Assembly (NCBI GenBank): GCA_028534125.1 | Contig: CM052817.1 | Location: 19,222,001 to 19,286,000, forward strand | Length of the DNA: 64,000 nucleotides | Direction: 5' to 3' | Source: Lama glama | Taxonomy: Eukaryota | Shown: positions 38,112-51,049 of the stretch, one piece after another | How the letters are laid out: the number at the start of each line of letters is the position of its first letter | Position numbering within the stretch: the stretch's first letter is position 1 | Position numbers and translations under genes: made by a program | Notes under the pieces: model-generated | The model's input: the letters and a program-made list of their open reading frames with translations, nothing else | Databases searched by the model: none | Told to the model about the DNA's origin: nothing

Positions 38112-39499
38112 ATTGCTCTTATCTCTCTGGCACTGTGGCTGGTGGGTGCGTGGGTCACTCCCCCTCCCAATGCTGCAGTCAGATGCTGCGCTTGGGCAAG
38201 GCAGGTGGGCGGATCATGCCTCCTGCAAGCACCTTGGTCAGGTGCTGTATTCCTGGCAGGAAGGTGGGTGGCTGCCCACCCTCTCCCGGAGCAGGTCACT
38301 CTGCTGCTATGTGCAGCTGCCGCTCCAGCTCTGGTCGGCGCTCCATAGGCGGGCTCAGGGAAGACTGCAGAACAGCCCTGTCCCTGCTCTGTGCCAAATC
38401 TCAGGTCCTTTGTTTGTTTTGGCGGCACAAGTTCTCTAAGGTGCCAGGGAAGAAAGATCCTATCTGCCTCAGGCTGTAAACAAGTCTCAGTCCTGCCTAG
38501 GAGGTTGCGGAGACCCGGGGTGTGGATTCAGGTCTGTGCCCTGCCTCCGCCCGGGTGCTGCGCACAAGAGGAGATGGCAGCTGTGGCTGCACCCCAACTC
38601 TCTTCTCATGAGAAGTGCCAGTAATGGCTCTGTGGGTCTGAGGAGACAAAGGCTTTGGCGCCCCTCCCCCCAGAGCACACCAGCTGTGTTGCTTTGCTTT
38701 TTTCACAATTTATGTGGGAACCAGGTGGTTCTGCTCCATATCCCCTCCCAGCAACGGCACGCAGCACCCTGCAGTCCCCCAGGGCTGCCTCAGTGCAGCT
38801 GCCCCAGTCCTCCGCCCAGCTCGGGTGGCCTGTCCCGGCCCCCAACTGCCAGCTTGCGTCTCGAGCTTGGTGTTGCAGGGACCCTTTGTGCCCGTTTAAC
38901 TCAGTTCTGTTGGTCAAGGGGTGCTTGGGGCAGATCTGAGCCTCGGAGGCTCCCCCTCCGTCCCATTGGCCTCTCCGTTGTAGGGGGGAGACCCAGTGAA
39001 TGAGCACCAGTTCTCCTTTGCTGCTCCCTCCCCACAGGACCGGTCCTGCACTATTTTGTTTTTTCTTCTTTCTTTTTTCCTATTCTCCTACCAGATTTTT
39101 GGCGTCTTTGTCTTTCGAAGAGGGCAATGTTCTGTCAGAGTTCAGTAGGTGCTCTGTTTGGCTGAGTGGGTCCGTAGATGTGAGTTTTGGTGTATTTGTG
39201 GGAGAGGGTGACCTACAAGCATCCTTCTACTCCACCATCTTGCTTCTCTCTCTTATCCATTCATCTGTTGACGAGCATTTCTAAAATTGTCATATTCATA
39301 AAATCAAAGATTGGAATGATAGTTACTAGGGACTGGGGAGAGGGGTTTTCAAGTAAACAACTGGACTTTGGATTTTGGATTTAGACATAGCATGACTGAA
39401 TAGGATCTGGAGGTTAAAACATACTGAGCAGATTATTGGAGAATATAATATTTAAAAATAAGTTTGTCCCAAGCTTTCCACCTTTTGCAGCCCCCTGTA

Positions 39500-40640
39500 A
39501 TATTCTAAACTCATTTGTTTCCACTTGTTCACCCCATTCTTTTATCATCTTATTCTACTTGAGTATTTGTCTCTAGCACTCCACTGTATTGTTCTCATTA
39601 AAGTCACCAAACTGGTGATTAGTTTTCTGTCTTCCTTTTACCCAACCTCTCAGTAACTTCAGTTATGACAGACTAGATCTTCTCTCATGTATTTCTATTC
39701 TTTGCTTAAGGGAGATAACAGTTTTTAGAATTCCCCCTGACCTCACTGTCCACTTCTTAATCTTATTTACAGACTTCTTTTTTTAAAGATCAGAGTAGGG
39801 TATCTCAGGGGTCTTACTTTGGCACTCCTCTGTTTTCACTCTATGCTCTCTTCCTCTTGATCTGATTCTCTTCTATGCATTTAATACTGCTATCTCCCAG
39901 ATCGCTACTCCTGACTTCACCATCTTCCATAACCTACATTGTATCTGCAATTGGCCATCTTAAATGAGACAAATCTTAGCTTCTCAAAGGCCTTTCTTAT
40001 CTTAGCATATGTTATCGTAATCTACTCTCTTGTATTTATCAAAAACCTAAGAGTTATGTTTAATTCCTCTCTTTCCTTCATACACCAAATCTAATCTATT
40101 GAACATTTGACTTTAGTGTCAAAATATATTTTTAAGATGAATATCAAATAGATCATATTCATTATCCTTTTCATCAAATTCTCTACAACCACCATCATAG
40201 TCATCATCAGACCTCACCAGGACTGCTTCAAACTCTAATTGACCTTACAATTTAAAATTTTTTGTTCCGCTACAATGCATCCAGTATTAAGCAGTCAATT
40301 TGGGTATTCTCAGGTGCAGATTAAATGATGCCATCTCCTTCAATGTTTTATCAAGATGATAACAGAAAAATTGAACATTTAAGTGAAGGCCTGGAAAGCC
40401 TCACAACGTTCATTCCATATGTATTTGATCTATTTCTTTTTATCCTGTACTGCCTATGCTACTTTCCTTTTTTTAACTTCATACATTCCAAGTTTATTCC
40501 TGTATTAGGTTTTCACCCTTGTTAGTCTGTAAGCTTTGAATACTCTCTCCCCAGTCTCATGAGTGCCACCATCTTCTCATCATTTTGATTTGATTTTGAT
40601 TTCCTCCCCAGTGTCACTTCTCTTGAAAGGCCTTCCCTAA
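39500..40640 (+). mobile_element. L2 LINE fragment
   Basis: ttctcattaaagtcaccaa, caaaaacctaagagttatgtttaattcctctctttccttcatacaccaaatctaatc and aaaggccttccctaa are L2 sense motifs. Confidence 0.75.
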
Positions 40641-40649
40641 AATTTTAAG

Positions 40650-40990
40650 GATATCCTCTGCAATTTTTTGGAGCTTTCTGTATGTATCGTGTCCTCTTCT
40701 GTAGTGTTTTACCCCACAGATAATAACTGCCTCCTCCTCCTCAGTCTCAGAGGTCTCCCTAATCCAGTGAGACAACCAAGCTTTGTTTGAATTTCTGCTT
40801 CTGCTTCAAAGCCATACGCGTGGGCTTACCTTGCCTGATTACCACCTCCCAGCCCTCAGAGAACATAGTCCTGCACTGCTGGTAACTACTATCTATAATT
40901 TTTTGTGTTGTAAATTTGTCTAGTTTTCCATTTGTTTAAATCTGTAGGGTAAATCTGCTCCGTTACTCCATCATACCTAGAAACAGAAAA
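40650..40990 (-). mobile_element. Ancient L1M 5'-end fragment
   Basis: Ends ...gtaaatctgctccgttactccatcatacctagaaacagaa, similar to 57150-57270. Confidence 0.55.
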
Positions 40991-42725
40991 CTCTTAATGG
41001 TTTTTAGACACCTGTGTCCTTAAGGACTTGCTGTGTCACTCAGTTTATTACTAGAAGAAGAAATAAATTATAAGAAAAGGAACCTAGTAGGCATGAGATG
41101 TGAATGTCTTGAGATGTATTAGTTGTTCTATGTTATTGTTTTATAGTATTATATTGTTTTTATATTAAACTTTCCTGTTCTTCTAGCTTTGTTATGAGTA
41201 AAAAATAAATTGAAACTTTAACACCCAGTTAGTAGTGAATAAACGCCACCTAATTATATGATTTATCAAATTTCTTCTTAGACAGATGGAAAGATGTAGC
41301 TTAAGCAGAAATTCCCTCATTTCTCTTTGCTTTTTATGTTTCTCACACTTTTCTTGTTGAATTGGGAAATTATCAAGTGTGATGATCTTAAAATCCTGTC
41401 CTGAAGGTGAAAGCAACATTTCCAGTGATTTTTTTAAATGGAAAAATCTACCTGTAAATAAGACTTTTTTTGTGTGTGTGGAAGAAATTTAATTTTGCGA
41501 AGTATACATGTGTGTGTTTATCTTTGTGTATAAAGTATTTCATTTAGTTGTTTTGTATGTGTTCTAATATAACTGCTTTAATGATAATCTATTTTATTGG
41601 AATTTGATATGCATATGTATGTGTAGATTTATAACATATCAGTGAGTTTTGGCTAATACAGTTGACATGTCTAGATTTATAATTAGTGACATGCTAAAAC
41701 CAACGTTTGCTGAAAACACATTTGGCTGTATTGATGACTACAGAATGATTGAGTTTATTATTTTCTTTGTTTTCTTGAAATGTATAGCATTTTAAAGCAT
41801 AGTATTAACAAACACAGATGTATTCTGAAGAATGTTGTCAACTTTTAGCATCATGATTACTGGAAAAGATAGTTAAGAAGGTCCATTTTCTAGTTACTAC
41901 TTTTGAATATTTTGAATTCATAATTTTGACTCATACCATAAATGTATACCGAGGAAGCCACATGAATAAAATATTTTGTTTTCAATGTGGAGATTACAAA
42001 AAAGGCATCTTTATTTTCCAAGGTTAGAAACCTAAGCTATGCTTAGGATTCAAATGAATCGTAGCAATTCTGAACACCCTTTATAAGGCTTCGTGATTCA
42101 CAGTTGGTGTTTCTTATACTGTGGATTAAGTCTAGTGGTGGTGATTCCTCCAGGCTGATGGTGCAGTCATTACCCAAGAATGCTTGTGCTTCTGAGAGAA
42201 TTCAGCCACTTCTCAGGAAAATCACAAAGCTGCCACTTCCATAAAGCTCCTATTTCTGGCATCATTACTACAGATACTCTCTACACTTAGTGAGAATCAG
42301 GGACCAGGGAGAGATTAGGGGAAGTACATGGGATGTGCAGCCACAACACTGGAAATTAGCACAAATCTACCCTGTGTTGCCCTTGTGATGGGACTTGCGG
42401 AAGCGAATTAATATTGATCCTATTGTGTTGTGACCATGCTGAGGTGGTTGTGGTAGGTTGCCTTTGATCCAGGCACAACAACATACCGAGCTTCACTCAT
42501 TGACTGCTCACCTTGAGATGGGCTAGCTCAACCTTGCAGGAGTAGGGAAGTGGCATATCTGTGGTGTTCTCATTTATTTCCCCATGTGACATTTTAATAG
42601 TCTGTGTTTCAGCAAACTTACTTTTCTTTTCCCTGCCCCCACCATAACTGTGAAAGAAGGTATGTAATGATTATCCCTTTAATTCCAGTGCTGAAAAATG
42701 TATTTTAGCTTTTTTCTAATATGCT

Positions 42726-42841
42726 TGAAAATGAATATATGTATGTTCCTATATGACTGAAGTATTGTGCTGTACACCAGAAACTGACACAGCATTGTAA
42801 ACTGACTATACTTCAATAAAGATATATTTTAAAAAATAAAA
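42726..42841 (+). mobile_element. 5'-truncated young L1 3' end (type B tail)
   Basis: gaaaatgaatatatgtatgttcctatatgactgaagtattgtgctgtacaccagaaactgacac...acttcaataaa; TSD taatatgct at 42717-42725 and 42842-42850. Confidence 0.9.
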
Positions 42842-42879
42842 TAATATGCTACTTTTCTCACATCCAAGTCCGCTGAGGA

Positions 42880-43230
42880 GGTTTTTGCTAAAATACAATG
42901 TAAAAATGTGTGTGAATTTCATTTAATGATTCTGTTTTGAAATTTTTATAGCTATTTGTAAGTGAAATTGGTCTATAATTTTAATATACTGTTGCTATCT
43001 TTTTCACGTCTTGGGGTCTTCTTTTTAAAAAAATATTCAGAAGTTTTCTTGATTTTTCTGTTTGCGGTAATTGTCTAAAATAAATTTAGGATTATCTGTT
43101 CCTTAAAGGCTTTGTAAAAGCCCTTTGTGAACCCACTAGGGGACCTGAACATTTTTTGTGAAGGACCTTTTTGTCTATCTCTGTTTTCTTTTTCTATGGA
43201 AATTAGTTGTCTAAATTTTCTAACAACCAA
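42880..43230 (-). mobile_element. Ancient L1M ORF2 fragment
   Basis: gtgaaattggtctataatttt...ggattatctgttccttaaaggctttgtaaaagccctttgtgaaccca. Confidence 0.6.
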
Positions 43231-44389
43231 GGGCAATTAGACCCCTCATAGCTGTGCTGAAAAACGGAAAGTCACACTCCAGGGTAGGAACCAAGGAACT
43301 GGAGTTTATTGTTTAGATTTGGGGTATGGATGTCATGCCTGGTTTTAAAAGATGATCACTCTCAGTTTAATGCTGATGGTTAGAATAACATTAAAAATTG
43401 CTTCATAGAAAGATGCTACATTATCCAATCCAAGGAATTGTTACTACAAAGCAAAAGCTATTTGTTTAAAAAGAAAAGAGATTAAATCACAAACGAGGTA
43501 TACTTTTTGAGCTTAAAACATGAATACATTTTTTTGGCAAAAATAATATGTAAATAATTTGCTTTAAAAATTATCCATTTTAGACTTTGTTTTTTAGAGT
43601 TCACTTTGCTTTACTTCAGGGCAATAATAATGATGACAGCTAACACTTCCATGGTGTTTTCATATGCCAGATACATAGCTAAGTGATGTACATATTTTAA
43701 TTCATTCAATCTTTAAAAACCTTTGAGGCAATCCAATTTTAAATAAATTATTATCTTTTCAGTAAAAGATTGTGGTATTAATGAACAGATATGCTTATGG
43801 TATTTATTGCAGCTGAATGGTATAAATTAATAAACCTAGTGTTATATAAATTAGGCTTTTGCCTATATTTCTTTTTGAATGTATTTCTTATGTTATATGT
43901 CTTAAATCATTAATTTATTTTTATCTTTATTCTATAATTTAACTCAGTATGAAACACACATGATAAAATATATGTTTTAAATTTTAGTTACCCATATTAT
44001 TATATATACACTGACTTGCATCCTATGTGCAAAGGGTTGAGTTAATCACACTCCTCTCTTCAAACCATGCTGACGTCACTGGTACTTTAACTTCTTTTCA
44101 TTCATTGGTTGAATTTTATTTCTACTTTTTTCCTCTTTCTCTTACCTTCATGGGAAAATGTGGCTACATTGTTTTATTTCTACATTAGTATAAAACTTAT
44201 ACTATGATTTTGTGTGCAAATAAATGGAATTTACCTTTATAAAATTGTGCTCCAGAACTAATCTTAATTTTTTTTCACTCAGTAATGTGTTTCTAAGATA
44301 AACCCATTTTACAATGATATAGATCTTTAATTAATAGCATTCTACAGTGGGCTTCCATCTCTTTTTCCTTACTGAGAGTTTCTCAGGCT

Positions 44390-44525
44390 TATATATATAT
44401 TTATAAAGTTTATACATGTACATAAATAATTATTTATATTATTGTCTATTTATATAAATATAGATGTATTATATATTATTTATATATATATAATTTATAA
44501 TGTTATTTATATACATATATAAACT
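44390..44525. repeat. AT-rich (TA)n low-complexity tract within an old L1ME 3' fragment (~44180-44830)
   Basis: Directly visible. Confidence 0.8.
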
Positions 44526-44849
44526 TTACAAATAGTAAATAGTATATGAAAAATAAAAAATTTCAGCAGCAGCATATATGAATCTATGCTTACTCAATCA
44601 CTTTATCTTTCTGCTTATTCTACCCAAGCTTGGCTGCATTGCTTTCCAGAAGTTCTAAACAGGCTCTACTCTCACCAGTGAGATACCTGAATTCCAGTAT
44701 TCCTGCCTAAACCTGGTATTATCGAGCTTTTTTTTTTTTGCAAATCTCAGATGTGTAAATTGATAAATTTTTGTTGTTCACTAACAATTGGTTCAAAACA
44801 ATCTTAAGTATGCTCCAAGGAGATTTATGTTTCTTCGATCACCTGAGTC

Positions 44850-46065
44850 TTCTTTAGCAGAATGGTTAGCATCCATATTTCTCCTAACACTCTATTTGAG
44901 GAAATCTAGGCTCTTTGAGTCATGCTGCTAAAAATTATTCCAGCTTCTGCTTCCCCCCAATTCCAAGATCACTTCCAGACTTTTAGGTATCTGTTACAGT
45001 AGCACTCCACTCCTAGTACCAAAGTCTGTATTCATTTCTTCTTCTGCCATAACAAATTACAATAAACAGTGACATAAAACAACACAAATTTGTTATCTTA
45101 TAGTTTGGGATGTCAGAAGTCTGACAAGGGTCTCACCGAGCTAAAATTGTGGTGTCAGCAAAGCTGCATTCCTATCTGGAGGCTCTAGAAGACAATTGGT
45201 TTTTTGGTTTTTTTTTTTTACCTCTTCCAGCCTCCAGAGGTTGTCCACATCCTCTGGCCCCTCACCTCCTTTTTCCATCTTTGGGAAGCAATGGTGTCCC
45301 CAGCACAGCTCATGAACAATTCCCGGGGAATAAAAATAGGGCCTGGGTAAGAAAATAAAGTTGAACCTCTTCCTTTTCCTTTCTGCTTCATCTGGTTTCA
45401 CTTGAGCATTGGGGCCACATGCAGAGGCCTGGCACCCGGCACTTCAGACCAGAGTTCCCAGGGCCAGTGGGCCGCGTGGACACCTCAGCTCTGCCGGCCA
45501 TGTGCAGACACTCTGAGATGCTGAGACGCTGTGATGCTGGGCCTGGCCCTGCAGTCTGAGCCATGAGCAGAGCAGCTGTGTCTATCACGTGAGAACTCTG
45601 ACCCCTTCCCTCCCTGTGCCGAAATCCCTATAAAGCAGCCCCGCCCACAACCTGTCAGGAGAGCATGTCTTCTAGAGTGAGAGCTCAGACCTCTCCATTC
45701 TTTGATCAAAGAATAAAACTCTTTCTTTTGCTTCTGAACTGAACTGGGTCTTGTTCTATTGGCACAAGTGATGCCAGACGAAGGACCCTTGTTAGCACCT
45801 GCTTAGGAGGGTTGGTAACTATGGTGCATCTCATGGACTGTCATTCTCCCATCATCACATGTCTTTCCGGCCACAGCTGGAAAGGTTCTCCACTTTTAAG
45901 GACTGGGCCCACTTGGATAATTGAGGATAATCTTCCCATCTCAAATTCCATAATTTCAGCAGTATATGTGAGGTTCCTTTTTTTCATAGGAGGTAACATA
46001 CTTATAGGTTCTGGAATTAGGATATGAACAGATTTGGGTAGAAGGGCATCATTACACTAACCATA
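44850..46065 (-). mobile_element. MaLR element: MLT1 internal edge (~44850-45026) plus MLT1 LTR (~45027-46065), split by a younger LTR
   Basis: aggtatctgttacagtagcactccactcctagtaccaaagtc|tgtattcatttc is the int/LTR border. MLT1 motifs ctgccataacaaattac and ataggttctggaattaggatatgaacagatttggg. Confidence 0.85.
45295..45820 (+). mobile_element. Solo ERV LTR, 526 bp, nested in MLT1
   Basis: TSD atgg at 45291-45294 and 45821-45824; TATA-like cctataaagc at ~45628; AATAAA at ~45712. Confidence 0.85.
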
Positions 46066-46069
46066 GTGG

Positions 46070-46830
46070 GTCTATCAGGTTGTAAGATTTACAATGAGCA
46101 AATCCATGGTCACTTGATGTCTTATGTGTCCTGTCTGTACTAGGATCCAGTAATATAACAGATGTTGTTTTTTAAAAGGAATATAATTATCTAATGCAGA
46201 TGGCATAGTCTTGCTCCAAAAATCCAAGGGTATTTATTGTGATTCTACCACTTGCTCTTGCCACAACATCTACACACCATCTTTTTGTATCACATATAAC
46301 TCCAACACTAGGATGTACTAAGTTTATTATAGTTTGTAGCAAAAGTGGCCAGGATACTTGCAGCACAGTTTTTTTTCTCCCAGTTTTATTGAACTATAAT
46401 TGATATACAGCACTGTATTAGTTTAAGGTGTACAGCATAATGATTTGACTTAACATACATCATGAAATGACTATCAAAATTAGTTTAGTGAGCATCCATC
46501 ATCTCATATAGATACAAATTTAAAATAAAGAAAAATATGTATCCTTGTAATGAGAACTCAACAACTTTCACATATAACATACAGCAGTGTTAATTATATT
46601 TATCATAACTGGAAGTTTGTGCCTTTGGACTTCCCGCTTCTGATCCCCACCCCCCGCCTCTGGTAACCACAAATCTGATCTCTATTTGTATGAGCTTGTT
46701 AGTTTGATTTTGAACTTTAATTGACTTGCAATGCTATGACCTATAACACTTGCATCAAAGTCTTAACCACAGAGCCTTTTCTTACTTTGAGCCCCACTGA
46801 AACCTGGCAGGAGTTGTGTTTTGTTTTTTA
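46070..46830 (-). pseudogene. ERVL pol remnant (RT connection/RNase H-like region), interrupted by an L1
   Basis: Approximate manual translation, with stops and frameshifts: RFQWGSK*EKAL...VLELYVIQKDGV*MLWQ...FWSKTMPSALDNYIPFKKQHLLYYWILVQT...HQVTM. This resembles ERVL pol FEWGPEQEKAL...FWSKALPSSADNYSPFEKQLLACYWALVET. Confidence 0.8.
46370..46747 (-). mobile_element. 5'-truncated L1 3'UTR (intermediate age)
   Basis: Poly(T) then cccagttttattgaactataattgatatacagcactgtattagtttaaggtgtacagc; degenerate TSD acttgcagcacagt (46356-46369) / acttgcatcaaagt (46748-46761). Confidence 0.85.
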
Positions 46831-49264
46831 TAATAAGAGATGCAAGATGCAGTAATTTGCCTTTGGCTTTGGGGACATTCCTGGTTTGTACCTGAGTACC
46901 ACAATTTAAAACGTTTTATAGATGAGGCAGATTTCTAAATTTTCACATGGTTTATCTTTTACACATTGGAATACCTATTTTTTAGTTTGAAGAAGCAGGT
47001 CTAAATATTGATTCTTACTCTTAAGACCTGAATGAACTTTTGTTTTTTACTTTCTCTTATCCTTGCATTGTTTCACTTTAAATGTGCCCTTTTGAAACTT
47101 GAAGGGAAGAAAAGATAAATATAGACATTTAAAGAAAACAAGATGGAAAATACGAAATTTGTATTGTTATGAATTATTTATTGATAAATAATTTTTCAAC
47201 CCTACACAGCTTAAAGAAAGGGTACATAGAAAGATGGAATTACACATTACTAAACCCAGAAGATTTAAAAAATTGTTCATTAACTGGACTTCATGAATTC
47301 TTAAAATGGACATACAATGTGTATCTGTGTATATGTGTATATCTCAGGATCATAAGTGAGTCCTGTAAAAATAATGCACTAGTGGAAATCAAATGAGAGT
47401 TTAACTAAAATTTTAGATTCTGAAACTATACTAGAGCAATAAGACCTTTAGAGATTATCTCTTTTCTGTACTTTTTTAAAAATTGTTTTATGTTTAAATC
47501 ATGTACTCCAGCTAAGTCTTTTTTTACCTTTTCTAACCTCATTTTAGAATCTCATTTAAAACTAGGTAGACTCTCCATTTTTTCTGTGAACCATGAAGCA
47601 TAATTATATAAACCTATGAGTCTAGCCTGTGAGGGCTTGCTAGATAGACTTGCCCACATGAGAAGTAGGTCTATCACAAAACAGAGTTTGTTCCTTGGAA
47701 CATATACTTTTTCAAATTTGATACGATAAGATATGATTTGATATGTCCAACTGTTTTTAAGGTATGACTGTAACAAATGAAGAAAGCTTAAGTTTATTCA
47801 TATATATTTCCACTTTCAACATTTATCACAAAATTTCATTCCGAGTGAACCATTTGATGATCAGAATCTATATTAGAAGAACTGACTCAGAATTATTGGT
47901 AGTACAGCCTGTGTTGTGTTATCTGCGGGTGATTTATTGGATAACAGGGATGGAACAATCATCAGAATTTATTTATGTAATCTGTCCATCCATAAGTCAG
48001 ACTTAAAATCAAATTACACAGAATAGAAGAATGTCAATTTCATCTTTCAGTATTTCTACAAACCAGTAATTTTTCTTACAATCAACCTTGAAAGATGTAT
48101 GAAAATGTCATGTGTGTTTCACTAGATACAGTAAATCAAGATATTCTTGATTGTGATTTAAGAAATGGATACCTTTGTGGAAAAGTAAATGATTATATTA
48201 GTAAGTAATAAACATATTCAAGTGAATTGCAATTGGAATTAATGTTGTTGTTTAATTTCATATAAACCATTATAATTTCACAGGCTACCTGGGATCTATT
48301 CACTCATAAAAAATTGTGTGATACCCTATCGCTATTAGATTTGGACAAAAGAGAAAGAGAGGTTTGTTTGTTTAAGTTTAGAGTTTAAGTGAAGTGACTA
48401 CCAGATCTTGTCTTTTGGTTTTAAGACCTTATTCTCAACAGGAAGGAAAAACAGAAGATAACTGTGCCATTGATTCTCCTAATTAAATTTTTCTTCCACT
48501 GAATACCCTTTAACAAGAGAAACACAATAACAATTACAGTTGTTCACAAAGGATTATAGAAATGGTAAAAGGGCCAGCTTGAAAATAATGCTTGTTTTTA
48601 ATCTTCCAGAGAGAAATGGTACTCTTTCATTTCTGTTGTACTGGAGCATAAGAAATCAATGACAGGTACATCTCTCTTTGGAATAACTTTTATAACCTTC
48701 TCTCAAAAAAAGTCTCTATTCTTGGCATGCCACCCACAGTTCACTAACTTTGAACTAGTCATGTCCAATCCCCAGTGCAGCTAGGTTGTTTCAGCTATCT
48801 TTGGTGGGAGAATCCCTCGAGACTTCTCCACTGAGATATTTCCAGTTGCTCTTCTCCTAATAAAGATGACTTTTTAGAAGCCAGCCATGTTACTCATCAA
48901 ATGAAATTCAAAGCTTACTTACATTCTTTTTTAACATTTTGAAGGTCCTATTACTAGTGTGTATTTTAAAAAATTTTTTTTTAATTTCCTAAAATTTATT
49001 TTTATCCCTGTGTTTTATTACTTCAGGATTCTTATGTAATTATGCCTTATTGCCTGTTATTATTTTGCAAATGAGAGAGTTTCTCCTTTAAGGAATAGCA
49101 ATACCTTCAGTCAGAACTGTTATTAGTAACACAGTGGGCTTCTTAAGTATATGTCTTAAATAAATAGTTAAAATACAATACCAAAAATCTGATGAGGGTG
49201 CAGTTTTGCTGCCATTATTAATGCAGGGTTCCAGGTCATTTTATTGTCTTTCTAAAGATTAATT

Positions 49265-50810
49265 AAGTCATTAATCCACTGAAAATTTACTGAGTCCCTA
49301 GTGTGTGCCAAACACTAAATAGTAGGCTGAATGAAGGAATAAGAACTAAGAAGGATCATGAATCTTAAAGTGTGCTTATTAATGGGAAGAAAAAGAAGGT
49401 AAACATATAAATAAGTTCATTATACAGTACAGTAGAAGATCAGATGTGCTTGGGGAAAATAAAGTATGATATGTGTTCTAGGGAACACGTGAGGGGTTCT
49501 TAATTTTTAAGTTTTAAGAAATCAGGCTAAGAATTAAGGAGAAAGTGACATTTGGGAACAATATTTCAAGTAGAGAAAGAACTGGTAATACCCTGAGACA
49601 GGCATATACCTGGTATATTTGAGAAATGGCAAAGAGGACAATGTGGCAGATGAAGACAGTACTTGTGATCATTTCAGAGTTCTGACAGATCTGGGTTGTG
49701 AAGAGCATGTTGTCCCATTGGGAAGCCACTGGCTTTACTCTGAATGAGATGAGGTACCCCTGGAGGGTATTTTGCAGAACAATGACTTGATAGCACTGAC
49801 ATATTGAAAGGATCACTTTGGTTGCTGTGTTTCCAAGAGTCTCTGTGGAGACAAGAATAGAAGTAGCAATAGGAGATTACAGGTGATCTGGGTGAGTGGT
49901 AACAGTGCCTTAGAAAAGGCTTGGGGGTGGGATGGGTGTTGAGCTATCATCAGGTTCTATGCATATTTTAAAGTCAAGTCAAATTTTTTGACATGTTAGA
50001 TGTGGGATGTCAATGAAATGTTTCAAGGATGAATCAGGTTTTGTTTTGTTGTTGTTGTTGTTGTTTTTCTGATAGACTAGAATGCTGCAGTCCAATGATG
50101 GGGGAGAATGTGTGTGGATGGAGCAGGTTCTAGAGGAAAAATCCACATTCTGCTTTGAGCATTTCAAGTTTGAGATGTTCCAAGTACAGATGGCAAGAAT
50201 ACAGTTATATATAATTTTATGGAGTTTAGTGGAAAAGGCTGGACAACAGATATAAATTTGGGAGTCATCATTACACAGATGCTAATTGAGATTGTGACCT
50301 AGTAGAAATCACTGACAAAAGGGGGGTAGGGGGTGGGAAGGGATAAATTGAGAGTTTGAGATTTGCAGATACCAATTAATATATATAAAATAGATAAACA
50401 AGTTTATACTTGTTTATCAATATCTAGTAGTAACTTATGGTGAAAAAGAATATGAAAATGAATATATGTATGTTCATGTATGACTGAAGCATTGTGCTGT
50501 ACACCAGAAATTGACATAACATTGTAAACTGAATATACTTCAATAAAAAATTTAAAAAAAAAAGAAATCACTGACAAAGATTCAAAAACTGATCCCCAGG
50601 GCATTCCAAATGTAAGAACTTGGTAAGAATTGGGATTAAAAGGAGAGACCAAGTACGACCAGTGTCAAAGGAAAAAAAAAAATCAGAGTATGTGATATCC
50701 AGAAGCCAAGTGACTAGAACACTTCTAGGATGAAGATGTTATTAACTTTAGTAAATGATGATGTGTCAGATAAGATCCTGACTGAAAGTTGGTCTTTGAA
50801 TTAAACCATG
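49265..50810 (-). mobile_element. Long L2a-like LINE, interrupted by a young L1
   Basis: Starts with the L2 3' end cattaatccactgaaaatttactgagtccctagtgtgtgccaaacact; continues through ggatcactttggttgctgtg and ataaatttgggagtcatca. Confidence 0.8.
50320..50562 (+). mobile_element. 5'-truncated young L1 3' end (type B tail)
   Basis: G-rich tract, L1 3'UTR and A tail; perfect 16 bp TSD agaaatcactgacaaa at 50304-50319 and 50563-50578. Confidence 0.95.
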
Positions 50811-51049
50811 CATATCCTTCTGCACGTAGAGTGGAGATTTTCTTTAGGAGTGGAACTACTAGCTTAAGTGTATGTATATCTTCAACTTTATTAGACACTT
50901 AATTTTTTGTCCTCGACTTGCAACATTGGGTAGGATCATTTTGTGTAATGTTGAAATGAAATAATGGCTGTGGGCATTAGGCATTGTGCATGACTTTAAT
51001 GGGAATGCGTTAAATAGGAATCTTTCATCATCAAAATAGTTACTGAACA

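Larger units (their letters stand above)
36387..39254 (-). mobile_element. Young LINE-1 derivative: 5'UTR + ORF1 + short spacer + last ~120 codons of ORF2 + 3'UTR/poly(A); EN, RT and CCHC regions absent
   Basis: TSD atccattcatct at 36375-36386 and 39255-39266. The 5' end reads gagaagcaagatggtggagtag. At 37075/37076 the inter-ORF spacer joins directly to the ORF2 motif PLWKTVWRFLKRL. Confidence 0.93.

Noticed and set aside
38085..39284. Many overlapping 60-155 aa ORFs on both strands, including an ORF0-like antisense candidate at 38536-39003
   Set aside because: They lie in the GC-rich L1 5'UTR, where stop codons are rare; no recognisable domains.
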